A DNA stretch of 64,000 nucleotides from a virus. The notes beneath the pieces are model-generated. The model searched no databases, was not told the origin of the DNA, and was given only the letters and a program-made list of their open reading frames with translations. A program made the translations under genes and the position numbers. Positions 9,270 through 18,322 of the stretch are shown piece after piece (position 1 is the first letter of the stretch; each line of letters opens with the position of its first letter). The DNA is taken from the IMG/VR virus record IMGVR_UViG_3300025018_000105. One strand, 5' to 3'.

Positions 9270-9751
9270 GCACCCTATTCTTTTCCAAAACAGTCCCCTC
9301 AGCGGATCGGCCGGGATCGCCGTTCCTGTATTTCTGCGACAACGGGGACTGGGACATCGCCTTCGCCGGTGACCTACCCTACATCGAAGACTACACCAGC
9401 GCCTACGTCGGCGGTGTATCAGTTATTGCGATTTTCGACGAACTCGCCGAGATGAACGACCAAGAAGAGATGGATGACGACGGTGAGGTCGTCCACCTTC
9501 TGGCCACGATCGAGGTGCCGGACGATGACGACATGGAATCGCCCGTGCTCGAACTGAGCTTTGATGGGACATGCACTCCATCGGATCGCTGGCTTGCCGA
9601 AAAGTCCATCATGTCGCCCGTATTCGAATCATTCAATTTCATCCCACTCGCCGACTTCTTCGAAGAGCTTGCTCGCTTCATCGCGAACAATAAGCGCAAT
9701 ATGTTCGACGACCGAGAGATGGACCCACCCTACCGCCTTGAGGAGGATTAG
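9266..9751 (+). CDS. acidic hypothetical protein
   Basis: ATG at 9266 (MSTLFF); typical codon usage. Confidence 0.65.
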   Translation: MSTLFFSKTVPSADRPGSPFLYFCDNGDWDIAFAGDLPYIEDYTSAYVGGVSVIAIFDELAEMNDQEEMDDDGEVVHLLATIEVPDDDDMESPVLELSFDGTCTPSDRWLAEKSIMSPVFESFNFIPLADFFEELARFIANNKRNMFDDREMDPPYRLEED

Positions 9752-9753
9752 TG

Positions 9754-10287
9754 ATGCCAACCTATTATCGGACTTTGCGCGAAGCAAACAAAGAACGTCA
9801 GATCGAATGGGATAAAAACGACGTAACTACTGCTACGTATGCTGGAAATGAACTCGCCGGAGAAATGGGAGAGGCGCTGTATGCCTGTTTCCTAGGTGAC
9901 AAAGCCCCTGATGAAATCGCAGATGAACTTGCTGACGTGGCAATCTGTCTTGACCTAGTTGCTCTCCGGTTCGGTATACCCCTACCAGTTCGGGCTATCC
10001 GGGAAGATCAGCGCATTGCGCCATCGATGATGCAGGGATTCTGCCTCGGTTTGGCAGTCGGCGCTATCTGCAATAGCGTCAAGAAACTCGAACGTGCCAA
10101 GCTTGGTATGGTTGGGTCAACTTCATCTGTCGATGACCTTGCCGTTCCGCTTCGCAATGCGATGTTTCTATGCGCTCAATTGGCGGATAGCTTTGGAGTC
10201 GATCTCAACAAGGCAATCGCGGCCAAATTCAACAAGACAAGCATGGCGAATGGCCTGACTATATTCATGGAACACTGTGATGGCTGA
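9754..10287 (+). CDS. MazG-like NTP pyrophosphohydrolase (apparent tandem domains)
   Basis: ELAGEMGE...IADELADV and a C-terminal AIAAKFNKTS pattern. Confidence 0.7.
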   Translation: MPTYYRTLREANKERQIEWDKNDVTTATYAGNELAGEMGEALYACFLGDKAPDEIADELADVAICLDLVALRFGIPLPVRAIREDQRIAPSMMQGFCLGLAVGAICNSVKKLERAKLGMVGSTSSVDDLAVPLRNAMFLCAQLADSFGVDLNKAIAAKFNKTSMANGLTIFMEHCDG

Positions 10288-11341
10288 ACTAGACTTCAAG
10301 GGAATGTTCGCGGCCTTCGAAGCCGCTGACGAAAAAGAGTGGCGCTACGACCGCAACGCGTCCGTTGGTGCCTCCGAAGCATTCGACTGCCACCGCAAGA
10401 CCTTCTTCAAGAAGTGGGGCTATGCGCCGGACGATGGGCACGAGCAAGACTGGGGTGCTGCCAAACGCGGTGACCTCATCGAAAACTACTTCGCGGTGCC
10501 CGCCACCAAGGCAATTCTGCCAGAGGGAGCGCAACTGCTTTACGCTGGTGATGAGCAAGACACGCTCAAGTCCGGTCGTTTGACCGCAACACCGGATGGT
10601 CTGGCGATCGGGCTGGCGCGTGACGCGCTCAAGCAGCTTGGTATTGAGGACATCCAGTCCGATTGCGTCGTGATCGAATACAAGTCTTTCGATCCGCGCG
10701 CCACGATCAACGAAGAGAAGGCAATTCACGCTGGTCAGACGCAGGTCCAGATGGGGCTGTTCCACGAAAAAACTGACTACCGGCCCGAGTATGCAGTTAT
10801 CATCTATTTCAATGCGTCGTGGCTCTCCGACATTCGCCCCTTCGTTGTTAAGCGTGATCCGAAAATCTACGAAGCGGCCAAGGAGCGCGCCGCCGCCGTC
10901 TTTGCCAAGGACCCGCAGCCGATCGATTTCATGGCCGAGGGCAAGCTTTCAGGCGCGTGCTCGCTGTGCGAGTTCACCGAAGAGTGTGCCTATTCCACCG
11001 GTGAAGCGGCTCCAAAGGTAAAGCGCAACATCGAGGACGCAGAAGTCCGCGAGCGACTGGCTCTACTTGCAGCACGCCAGAAGAAACACGCCGAAGCTCA
11101 GAAGGAGGAAAAGCGCGAGAAGAATCTGATCGACGAAGAGATCAAGCAACTTCTCCGCGAACACAAGACCAAGGACCACACTGATGACTCGTGTTCGATC
11201 TCGCTGTCGTGGCGCGCTGGTAAGAAGTCACTCGACATGACGCTTCTGGCTGCTGATCTGGAAGAAGCCGGGCTCGACATCGCCGACTACCAGAAGGAAG
11301 GCTCGGGCTACGAACGCCTAACCGTCAAGCTCAAGGAGTGA
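10280..11341 (+). CDS. Cas4/AddB-like PD-(D/E)xK exonuclease with Fe-S cysteines and C-terminal coiled coil
   Basis: ASEAFDCHRK, TPDG, IEYK, QTQVQM and C-x2-C-x5-C motifs. Confidence 0.8.
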   Translation: MAELDFKGMFAAFEAADEKEWRYDRNASVGASEAFDCHRKTFFKKWGYAPDDGHEQDWGAAKRGDLIENYFAVPATKAILPEGAQLLYAGDEQDTLKSGRLTATPDGLAIGLARDALKQLGIEDIQSDCVVIEYKSFDPRATINEEKAIHAGQTQVQMGLFHEKTDYRPEYAVIIYFNASWLSDIRPFVVKRDPKIYEAAKERAAAVFAKDPQPIDFMAEGKLSGACSLCEFTEECAYSTGEAAPKVKRNIEDAEVRERLALLAARQKKHAEAQKEEKREKNLIDEEIKQLLREHKTKDHTDDSCSISLSWRAGKKSLDMTLLAADLEEAGLDIADYQKEGSGYERLTVKLKE

Positions 11342-11348
11342 GCGTAAC

Positions 11349-11405
11349 TTAAATTTGCATTAATGGTAATTTTTGCTTGACATTAACCTTACCATTGTGT
11401 AACAC
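11349..11405 (+). promoter_or_regulatory. full CtrA box (TTAA-N7-TTAA) upstream of a sigma70-like promoter
   Basis: TTAAatttgcaTTAA at 11349-11363; gtaatttttgc-TTGACA(11377)-17 nt-TAACAC. Confidence 0.6.
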
Positions 11406-11451
11406 ATCAACCATCGATTGACCCGACAAATCTTAAACGGAACCTCTTACC

Positions 11452-11810
11452 ATGAACCTCGACTCCCTGATTTTCCGCTGGATTGCCCGCTCCTCGGACG
11501 CTCTGGTCCGTTTCGTCATCGCACTGGACGCCCGGCTCGCTAAGTTCCTTGAGAAGGCCGACGCGGCTGTCGCCGGATTCGAGGACAGCATCGGTGACCT
11601 GTTCCGCCGCGAGGAAGACGAAAAGGCCGCCATCGAAGCCACGAAGGCGGATGCGATCCGTCGCGTCGAAGAAGACGCCGCCCGGCGCGCTTCGGAAGCT
11701 GAGGCCGCGCCGCAGTAGAAAAGGCCGAACTCGAAGACAAGCTGGCCGAGACCAAGCGCAGCCGCGCCATTCTCGCCCAGATGAAGCAATCGCTGCCGAC
11801 CGGCGAATAA
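11452..11810 (+). pseudogene. coiled-coil protein split by an apparent 1-nt deletion near 11708
   Basis: Frame stops at 11716-11718; restoring one C (GCCGCCGCC) reads through AVEKAELEDKLAETKRSRAILAQMKQSLPTGE to TAA 11808-11810. Confidence 0.55.
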
Positions 11811-11867
11811 GCGATACCTTTGTGGAGAGGGTTTCTCCACGCTCCCCTCAAGTAATCTGGAGATAAT

Positions 11868-12908
11868 ATGGCAAACGATGTTGCCACGCAGGGCTCACGT
11901 GCCCTTGACGCCGGTGCCAACCCGTGGGCGGAAGCCGCCCGTGGTGTGGAAACCGGCACCTACCTCAAGTTCAACGGCAACGATGGTCGTTGGTCTTTCG
12001 GACAGGATGATGACGATCTGCCGGAAGGCTCCCGCGTCGTCATGGACATGCAAACGCTGGCCTTCGGCTGGATTTGTTGGGTCGAAGGAGCGGTCGAAGA
12101 AGAGAAGCTGGTCATGGTCTTGGACGGCAAGCCGCCCCGCGAAGAAGACCTGACCGACTACGGCCCTTACGAAGAAGATGATGGCTGGCGCGAAGCGTCG
12201 TCCATCTCCATGGTCCTCGAAAGCTACGGCGACGATGATCAGGACGAAGCAGTCGGCACGCCGCTGCTCTGGAAAACCTCGACCGGTGGTCAGGTTCGCC
12301 AGATTCGCAAACTGGCTGGTGCCTACGGTCGCGTCTTTTCCCAGCATCCCAGCGAGTTTCCGATCGTCGAACTCGGTGAAGAGAGCTACGAGCCCCGCAA
12401 CAAGCGCTACGGCAAGAAGAAGTTCTCGCCGGTGATGAAGATCGTCGGCTGGATGACCGCCGCTGAACTCGAAGGTCTGACCGGAGAGCCCGTGGATGAC
12501 GAGCCGGAAGACGAGCCCGCTCCCAAGAAGGCTCGCGGTCGCAAGATCGCCGACGAGGATGCTGACGAGAAACGCGCACGTGGTCGCGGCCGCAAAGCCA
12601 AGGAACCCGAGCCGGAACCCGAGCCGGAACCCGAGCCGGAACCGGAGCCGGAGGAGGACTGCGACGACGAACCCGAAGAGGAGGAAGAAAAGACTGCTCG
12701 CGGTCGTCGTCGGCGAGCCGAACCCGAGCCGGAAGAAGACGAGCCGGAGGAGGACGCCGCCCCTCCCGCCCGTGGCCGCACGCGTGGCCGCAAGGCCGCC
12801 AAGGAAGAAGAGCCGGAAGATGATGACGATGGCGGTGAGGAAGAACCTACCCCTCCTCGCCGTGGTCGTGCTCGTGGCGGCAACCGCCGCCTTCGCAACT
12901 TCGACTAA
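11868..12908 (+). CDS. putative ssDNA-binding/annealing protein with long charged disordered C-terminal tail
   Basis: YLKFNGNDGRWSFG...WICW globular domain next to the Cas4-like nuclease and helicase; (EP)n and RGR-rich tail. Confidence 0.55.
   Translation: MANDVATQGSRALDAGANPWAEAARGVETGTYLKFNGNDGRWSFGQDDDDLPEGSRVVMDMQTLAFGWICWVEGAVEEEKLVMVLDGKPPREEDLTDYGPYEEDDGWREASSISMVLESYGDDDQDEAVGTPLLWKTSTGGQVRQIRKLAGAYGRVFSQHPSEFPIVELGEESYEPRNKRYGKKKFSPVMKIVGWMTAAELEGLTGEPVDDEPEDEPAPKKARGRKIADEDADEKRARGRGRKAKEPEPEPEPEPEPEPEPEEDCDDEPEEEEEKTARGRRRRAEPEPEEDEPEEDAAPPARGRTRGRKAAKEEEPEDDDDGGEEEPTPPRRGRARGGNRRLRNFD
12603..12655 (+). repeat. 12-bp tandem repeat (GAACCCGAGCCG)x~4 encoding (EP)n
   Basis: Visible directly in the sequence. 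Confidence 0.9.
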
Positions 12909-12979
12909 GCGCGCCTAGTGACCGGGGCGGGGTTTTCCTCCGTTTTGCCCGCCCCGGTTACAACCTCAGGAGACACAAT

Positions 12980-13327
12980 ATGAACAATCACAATCCCTTT
13001 GCATTTCTCGCCCGCCTGCCAGAAGCCCACATGAGCGGCGTCGTGGACAAGGCTCCGGGCGTTCAAATCGACGGCGCATGGGCTGGTGACCACGCACTGG
13101 TCAATTGCCTGTTCGGTGAGAAGATGCCCCAGCCCACCTACACGATCGGTATCACCGGACGCGGAACGCTCCAGATGGGTGAACAGGAGTTTCGCGATCT
13201 GCTGTCGGCGATGCTCGCCGTTTTCGAATCGCGCTCGCCGGGCTTCGCCGCCAAGGGCGGTCCGACTTCACCGTCGGCCGCTGGCTTGCCGCTCATGCCT
13301 GACGTGCTAAAAAACGCATCTTCGTAA
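12980..13327 (+). CDS. hypothetical protein
   Basis: AGGAG RBS; follows a GC hairpin at ~12920-12958. Confidence 0.65.
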   Translation: MNNHNPFAFLARLPEAHMSGVVDKAPGVQIDGAWAGDHALVNCLFGEKMPQPTYTIGITGRGTLQMGEQEFRDLLSAMLAVFESRSPGFAAKGGPTSPSAAGLPLMPDVLKNASS

Positions 13328-13362
13328 GGATAGCACGCTCTCAAGAGCAAACGGAGGCGCGT

Positions 13363-14700
13363 ATGATTACTCTCTCACCGCAACAGGAAAAAGCGGTCAG
13401 GGACATTGGTGAGTGGTATCGCCACGAATCTGAACACAAGAAGACCTTTACGCTTGGTGGCTTTGCCGGGACCGGTAAGTCCACGATCCTGCCCGACATC
13501 ATCGAGGCGACTGGCCTGTCGCCGTCGGCTATTGCGTTCGCGGCACCGACCGGTAAGGCCGCCAAGGTCATGGGCGAAAAGCTCAAGCAACAAGGCATCA
13601 GCAAGGTGCCGACCACGATCCACAAGCTCATCTATCTGCCCAAAATGCAGAAGGCCGAAGTGCTGGAACGTGATCTCCAGAACCTCGAAAAAGAGATCGC
13701 CATGGTTAAGGAGGGCACAATTGCGCCTCCCTATACCGGTGACCGCGATCACGATCTCAAGGAGATGGAGAAGAAGGCTCAGGTCATCGCCAAGGACCTC
13801 GATCGTGCCTACGACATAAATGATCTTCGATTCAGCCTGAACCCAGACTCACTTCTGGTCAAGGAAGCAATCCAGTTAATCATTCTGGACGAAGGTTCGA
13901 TGGTTGGCAAGGAAGTGTCCGAAGACCTACTCGACTTCGACATCCCGATCCTCGTCATGGGTGATCCCGGCCAGCTTCCGCCTGTGGGCGATAAGCCCGG
14001 CTTCTTCATCCCCGGTGAACTGCCTGACGCGTTTCTCACCGAGGTCCATCGTCAGGCGCAAGACAACCCGATCATCTACCTCGCAACCATGGTCCGCAAG
14101 GGTAAGCGGTGCGATTTCGGTGACTATGGTAACGGCGTGCTAATCGTGCCCCGCAAGAAGGACATCTACACGCTCGACCTCGATCGAGATTGTCAGGTGA
14201 TCGTGGGCACTAACAAGAACCGCTGGAAGCAGACAGCCCGTATGCGCCGTGAAGGCGATCTTCTGGATGAACTGCCGATGGCTGGCGAGCCGCTGATCAT
14301 CTGCAAGAACCACAAGGAGCACCAGGCGCTTGTCAACGGCACGCAGGTCTTCGCCACCGAAGACCACGGCAATGCCGTAGAGGGGCGCGATCGTTTCATC
14401 GCGAACATCGAAACCGAGGAGGGCGGACGCTACAACGTGTTCACCTACCAAGGGCTCTTCGAGGAGCACATCAAGCGGGAGAAGAACTTTGCCACCGCAG
14501 CCAAACAGGCCGCGTTCCGCTCTCGCATTCGCGATGCCCACATCGACTTCGGCTGGGCCATCACATGCCACAAGTCTCAGGGCTCGCAGTGGGATGAGGT
14601 GATCGTTCACGACGAATCAATGGTCTTCCGAGACGACGCCGATAAGTGGCTTTACACCGCAATCACGCGAGCCGCCCAGCGTTTGGTGATCGTAGCCTGA
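13363..14700 (+). CDS. RecD/Dda-like SF1B DNA helicase
   Basis: GFAGTGKST, DEGSMV, GDPGQLPP, AITCHKSQGSQW, YTAITRA. Confidence 0.92.
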   Translation: MITLSPQQEKAVRDIGEWYRHESEHKKTFTLGGFAGTGKSTILPDIIEATGLSPSAIAFAAPTGKAAKVMGEKLKQQGISKVPTTIHKLIYLPKMQKAEVLERDLQNLEKEIAMVKEGTIAPPYTGDRDHDLKEMEKKAQVIAKDLDRAYDINDLRFSLNPDSLLVKEAIQLIILDEGSMVGKEVSEDLLDFDIPILVMGDPGQLPPVGDKPGFFIPGELPDAFLTEVHRQAQDNPIIYLATMVRKGKRCDFGDYGNGVLIVPRKKDIYTLDLDRDCQVIVGTNKNRWKQTARMRREGDLLDELPMAGEPLIICKNHKEHQALVNGTQVFATEDHGNAVEGRDRFIANIETEEGGRYNVFTYQGLFEEHIKREKNFATAAKQAAFRSRIRDAHIDFGWAITCHKSQGSQWDEVIVHDESMVFRDDADKWLYTAITRAAQRLVIVA

Positions 14701-14812
14701 AAATTTAGGGAACAGACATATACGCTTGTCACCGAGGGAACGTTCCTCAACTCATCACGCGTAAGGCACGGTTCGTCTTTCCCACTGGACTTGTAGGAAT
14801 TGGATAAGCAAA

Positions 14813-15409
14813 GTGAAGAAACTTCCTCGAATCATTGGCCTTACGGGGCGAAAGGGGGCGGGAAAGGACACCGGCGCAAAGGCGCTGATGTTGCAGGGCT
14901 ACGAGAACATGAAGTTCGCCGGAGCCTTGAAAGATATGCTCCGAACCCTGTTGTTCTATCAGGGTGCAGATAATATCGCGATCGAGCGGATGATCGAGGG
15001 TGATTTGAAAGAGCAACCCACCGATTACCTGAACGGTCAAACCCCGAGGCACGCGATGCAAACCTTGGGGACTGAGTGGGGTCGCAAGCTTATCGACGAC
15101 GGCATCTGGGTGTCGGCGACGATGAAGCGAGCGGTCAACGGTGGTAAGGTCGTTATCACCGATGTCCGCTTCCCCAATGAGAAGGCGGCGATCGAGAAGG
15201 TCGGTGGCGTCGTGATTGGAATCACGGCTGACTGGATCACGCCGAAAGAGGGAGAGCACGAGTCCGAAGCCTTGATCGATGACATGATTGCAAATCTGCA
15301 TCCGGGCCAGATGGTCACGAACCACTGGGCCGAGGGGGAAGAGCAACTGCTGGCGATCCAAGACTTTCGCTCACGTTTTCTCGCTCAACTAAGTGCGCTG
15401 GCGGATTAG
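14813..15409 (+). CDS. deoxynucleoside monophosphate kinase
   Basis: GLTGRKGAGKDT P-loop, PRHAMQTLGTEWGR, ITDVRFPNE. Confidence 0.9.
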   Translation: MKKLPRIIGLTGRKGAGKDTGAKALMLQGYENMKFAGALKDMLRTLLFYQGADNIAIERMIEGDLKEQPTDYLNGQTPRHAMQTLGTEWGRKLIDDGIWVSATMKRAVNGGKVVITDVRFPNEKAAIEKVGGVVIGITADWITPKEGEHESEALIDDMIANLHPGQMVTNHWAEGEEQLLAIQDFRSRFLAQLSALAD

Positions 15410-15453
15410 CCGCTCAGTGAGATCGAACACGACATAATAAACGGAGCCTCACT

Positions 15454-15990
15454 ATGTCGAAAATTACCATCACTATCCAAGACCTTGACCTCGAAACCGG
15501 CACCTATTCGGTAGACTTCGATGCAGAAGGCGCGCAAATCGATCAGGGGATCGCGACTGCTGCCTACTTCACCGGATATTACCTCTACACGCTTATCGAG
15601 GATGATGGTTTCATCGACGCGGTAGTAAAGTTTTCGCACGAGATTGCGAAAAATATGGAGGAGAACACGGACTCGCCGTGTCTCTCGGCTACCGAACCGG
15701 TGGTTGCCCGTCTCACTCTGGTGGACAAAGACATCAACACCGGGCGTTATCTTCCGCACCTTGAGTTCATGGGAGGCGATCCGGAAGGGCAGTATCTTCC
15801 GACGACGGCTCAGTGCGTTGGACTTTACATGCGTGCTCTGATGAGCGACACCAATTTCCAGCAAGCGTGCTGGGACTTTGCCGAAAAGCTGACGAAAGAC
15901 ACCGATGGGGCTGTCATCGTCAATGCCGAACACGCACTGGCAGACAACGATTCGGGCGAAGCTCCGGTCCGTATCGCAAACGAAGGATGA
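15454..15990 (+). CDS. hypothetical protein with internal duplication
   Basis: Two repeats of (I/L)T(I/L)xDxDxxTGxY...(AT/PT)(A/T)A..xG.Y. Confidence 0.65.
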   Translation: MSKITITIQDLDLETGTYSVDFDAEGAQIDQGIATAAYFTGYYLYTLIEDDGFIDAVVKFSHEIAKNMEENTDSPCLSATEPVVARLTLVDKDINTGRYLPHLEFMGGDPEGQYLPTTAQCVGLYMRALMSDTNFQQACWDFAEKLTKDTDGAVIVNAEHALADNDSGEAPVRIANEG

Positions 15991-15992
15991 AT

Positions 15993-16583
15993 ATGAAAGA
16001 CCAAATCAACCACGCGGACATGGTGGCCGGGCTCATGAAGCCCGGCCCGGAAATCCTCCAGAACCTCACGGCGGAAGAAGCCGACCTGTGGCATGGTGCC
16101 ACCGGTGTCGCCGGTGAAACCACCGAAGTCCTCGAAGCCATCACCCAGATGTTCATTACGGGCTCGCTCGATGTTCAGAACATGGTCGAAGAGCTTGGCG
16201 ACATCGAGTTCTACATGGAGGCTGTCCGTCAGAATATCGGCACCGCGCGCGATGAGATCATGCAGTTCCAAACCGAAAAGCATTTTACGATTGCCAATGA
16301 ACCGCTCGAATGTGCCTCGCTGCTGGCGATCGCAGGGGGCCAGCTTCTCGATACGGTCAAGAAGCATGTCGTATACAAGAAGCCGCTCGATCGCGAAGGC
16401 ATCCAATACAACCTCGCTAACCTTGAGGTTTGCGTCGGTGTCATCCGGCAAGCCATCCAAGTCACTCGCGAGGAAACGCTGGAAGCCAATATCGCCAAGC
16501 TGTCGGTCCGCTACAAGGGCCTGCAATACTCCGACAAGGCCGCTCAGGAGCGCGCTGACAAGGCGGAGGGCAATGGAGCGTGA
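15993..16583 (+). CDS. MazG-like NTP pyrophosphohydrolase
   Basis: GVAGETTE, VEELGDIEFY, VKKHVVY, EANIAKLSVRY, YSDKAAQERADK. Confidence 0.8.
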   Translation: MKDQINHADMVAGLMKPGPEILQNLTAEEADLWHGATGVAGETTEVLEAITQMFITGSLDVQNMVEELGDIEFYMEAVRQNIGTARDEIMQFQTEKHFTIANEPLECASLLAIAGGQLLDTVKKHVVYKKPLDREGIQYNLANLEVCVGVIRQAIQVTREETLEANIAKLSVRYKGLQYSDKAAQERADKAEGNGA

Positions 16584-16816
16584 TCAGTTTCATCCGCCTC
16601 GAAGTTGATGGCCTCGGCGTTGCTTTCATCGATCCCCAGAGGATCATGGCAGTTACGGCGGACCCTTCCCACCCCACACGTTCGGTTATTGTATACGACA
16701 ACGCATCAAGGGCCCCGGAGCTTCTTCCGATCGACAGCGAGCCTGATGAATTGATGCAGGAGATCGAACGCGTCGTCCCCGGAGCGAAGTCGTTTCATCT
16801 TCGCGGTTTTCCTTGA
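16580..16816 (+). CDS. hypothetical protein
   Basis: GTGA coupling. Confidence 0.55.
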   Translation: MISFIRLEVDGLGVAFIDPQRIMAVTADPSHPTRSVIVYDNASRAPELLPIDSEPDELMQEIERVVPGAKSFHLRGFP

Positions 16817-16841
16817 CATGAGCCGCAATTTTTAATATAAG
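16813..16841 (+). promoter_or_regulatory. promoter with CCGCAATTTTT in the spacer
   Basis: TTGACA-tgagccgcaatttttaa-TATAAG, 17-nt spacer. Confidence 0.75.
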
Positions 16842-16851
16842 AGAGGACGTT

Positions 16852-16944
16852 ATGGTAACCGAAATAAACCTTAAGGTAATGGGAACAGCCTGTGCATTCT
16901 GCTTGGCCATGCTCCTGTTGGTGAACTACGCTCTGACAAGCTGA
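16852..16944 (+). CDS. 30-aa hydrophobic peptide (not in ORF track)
   Basis: GAGAGG RBS right after the promoter; TGATG coupling to the next ORF. Confidence 0.5.
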   Translation: MVTEINLKVMGTACAFCLAMLLLVNYALTS

Positions 16945-17168
16945 TGGCTCGCCTGAGAATACGCGACGCGATCTACATCGACGACATGGACCCGAACGAC
17001 ACCCCCACACCTACCGCGTCCACAACCGAGCTTACCGCATTCGATGGTGAGAACTGGGTCGTAACGCGTGAAGAAGACCCCTACGCAGGACTTAACCGGG
17101 GCCAGCGCCGTAAGGCCATGGCCGTTGAATCTCGCGCTCATCGAAAGGCAAAACGTGGCCGAATCTGA
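16944..17168 (+). CDS. hypothetical protein, basic C-terminus
   Basis: Coupled start. Confidence 0.6.
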   Translation: MARLRIRDAIYIDDMDPNDTPTPTASTTELTAFDGENWVVTREEDPYAGLNRGQRRKAMAVESRAHRKAKRGRI

Positions 17169-17445
17169 TACACCCCATGGTTACCACATCGCCAAAATCG
17201 CTCGCGGCGTCTATGGCGAAGACTCCAAGATTTACGAAGAGATCGATGAGTTCGTTGACGCTCTTGATCAAGGCGTCGCGATCATGGCTCTGGTAGAACT
17301 TTCAGACGTGATCGGGGCCATCAAGGGCTGGTTGGTCAAGAACCATCCGTCCATCACTCTCGACGATCTCATTGCCATGTCTGCGGTGACCGACCGGGCC
17401 TTCGAAAGCGGGGCCCGCAAGCCCAAAGTCGTGGAGGATGAGTGA
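17153..17445 (+). CDS. small MazG-like (all-alpha NTP-PPase) protein
   Basis: GYHIAKIARG..G..SKIYEEIDEFVDA...LVELSDVIGA: EE-x2-E...E-x2-D metal-binding pattern; GTG start. Confidence 0.6.
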
Positions 17446-17618
17446 TGGACGGCTGGTGGGATGACGGCGGCTTTGATGATTTTGATGACCGGGCTGAGTG
17501 CCCGTGTTGTGGTGAAGTCGTCCCGCTTGATCATCTCGATACGGACAGCGGTGATTGTATCGGATGCGAAGACCGTCGCGAGCAAGAGGAATGGGAACAG
17601 TATGACGCCGAAGATTGA
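17445..17618 (+). CDS. 57-aa acidic zinc-ribbon peptide (not in ORF track)
   Basis: CPCC...CIGC; TGATG coupling; overlaps the next start. Confidence 0.6.
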   Translation: MDGWWDDGGFDDFDDRAECPCCGEVVPLDHLDTDSGDCIGCEDRREQEEWEQYDAED

Positions 17619-18207
17619 TTACCCGCTGCTGGGGCAGGCTGTCTCAGAATACGTCAAGCGTGGCTACCGCTACGTTGAAGTTCCGTGGCTGGTGAAACCC
17701 CACGACATCTACGCGACGCTGGACGAACGGGCCGCCTGTATTCGGACCGGGTTTCAGGTTGATCTTGCGGGGCGTAAGGAGATGCACCCTTGGCGCGAAG
17801 AGAAAGGCAACTGTCTCGTCGGTTCGGCCGAGCAAGGTTTCCTGTCTATGAACCTCCCACCTGACGCTTACGTCGGCGTAACGCCATGCTTCCGTTGGGA
17901 AAACAAGACCGATCTCCTGACACGCGACTACTTCATGAAGGTCGAGCTTTTCGTCACGAGTGAAGAGGCTGACCTTTCTCGGGTGATGGACGATGCACAC
18001 GAAGTGATGCAGATCATTGGCGAGGCGAATGAGCCCAAGTTCACCATCGACGTTGAAGAGACTCGTGATGGATTCGATTTCATGCTTGCAGGCATTGAAA
18101 TTGGTTCATACGGTGAACGCGCCACTTCAAACCAAGCGTGGATTTACGGAACCGGCTTGGCATTGCCGCGTTTCAGCGTGGCCAAGGCATTGGCCAGAAT
18201 AACCTAA
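17602..18207 (+). CDS. stand-alone class II aminoacyl-tRNA-synthetase-like catalytic domain (SerRS/AsnA-like)
   Basis: Motif 1-like GYRYVEVPWLV, LVGSAEQ, motif 2 TPCFRWE...FMKVEL, motif 3 GTGLALPR; only 201 aa with no tRNA-binding domain. Confidence 0.75.
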   Translation: MTPKIDYPLLGQAVSEYVKRGYRYVEVPWLVKPHDIYATLDERAACIRTGFQVDLAGRKEMHPWREEKGNCLVGSAEQGFLSMNLPPDAYVGVTPCFRWENKTDLLTRDYFMKVELFVTSEEADLSRVMDDAHEVMQIIGEANEPKFTIDVEETRDGFDFMLAGIEIGSYGERATSNQAWIYGTGLALPRFSVAKALARIT

Positions 18208-18250
18208 GTTCTGTCAAGGTTAAAATTTGCAGGCAGAGTAAATTCATTCC

Positions 18251-18279
18251 TTGAAGTGAACCGCAATTTTTAGTATACT
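18251..18279 (+). promoter_or_regulatory. nrdA promoter with CCGCAATTTTT in the spacer
   Basis: TTGAAG-tgaaccgcaatttttag-TATACT, 17-nt spacer. Confidence 0.7.
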
Positions 18280-18322
18280 GATAGACCTTTCACGGTTCAC
18301 TCCAGCTACGGATAAAAACACT

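Noticed and set aside
10280-11341. cas4 as part of a CRISPR-Cas locus
   Set aside because: No cas1/cas2 or array; solo Cas4-like nucleases are common phage recombination genes
17461-17601. N-terminal extension of the aaRS-like ORF shown in the ORF track
   Set aside because: The region is better explained by the coupled 57-aa Zn-ribbon ORF; the real start is ATG 17602
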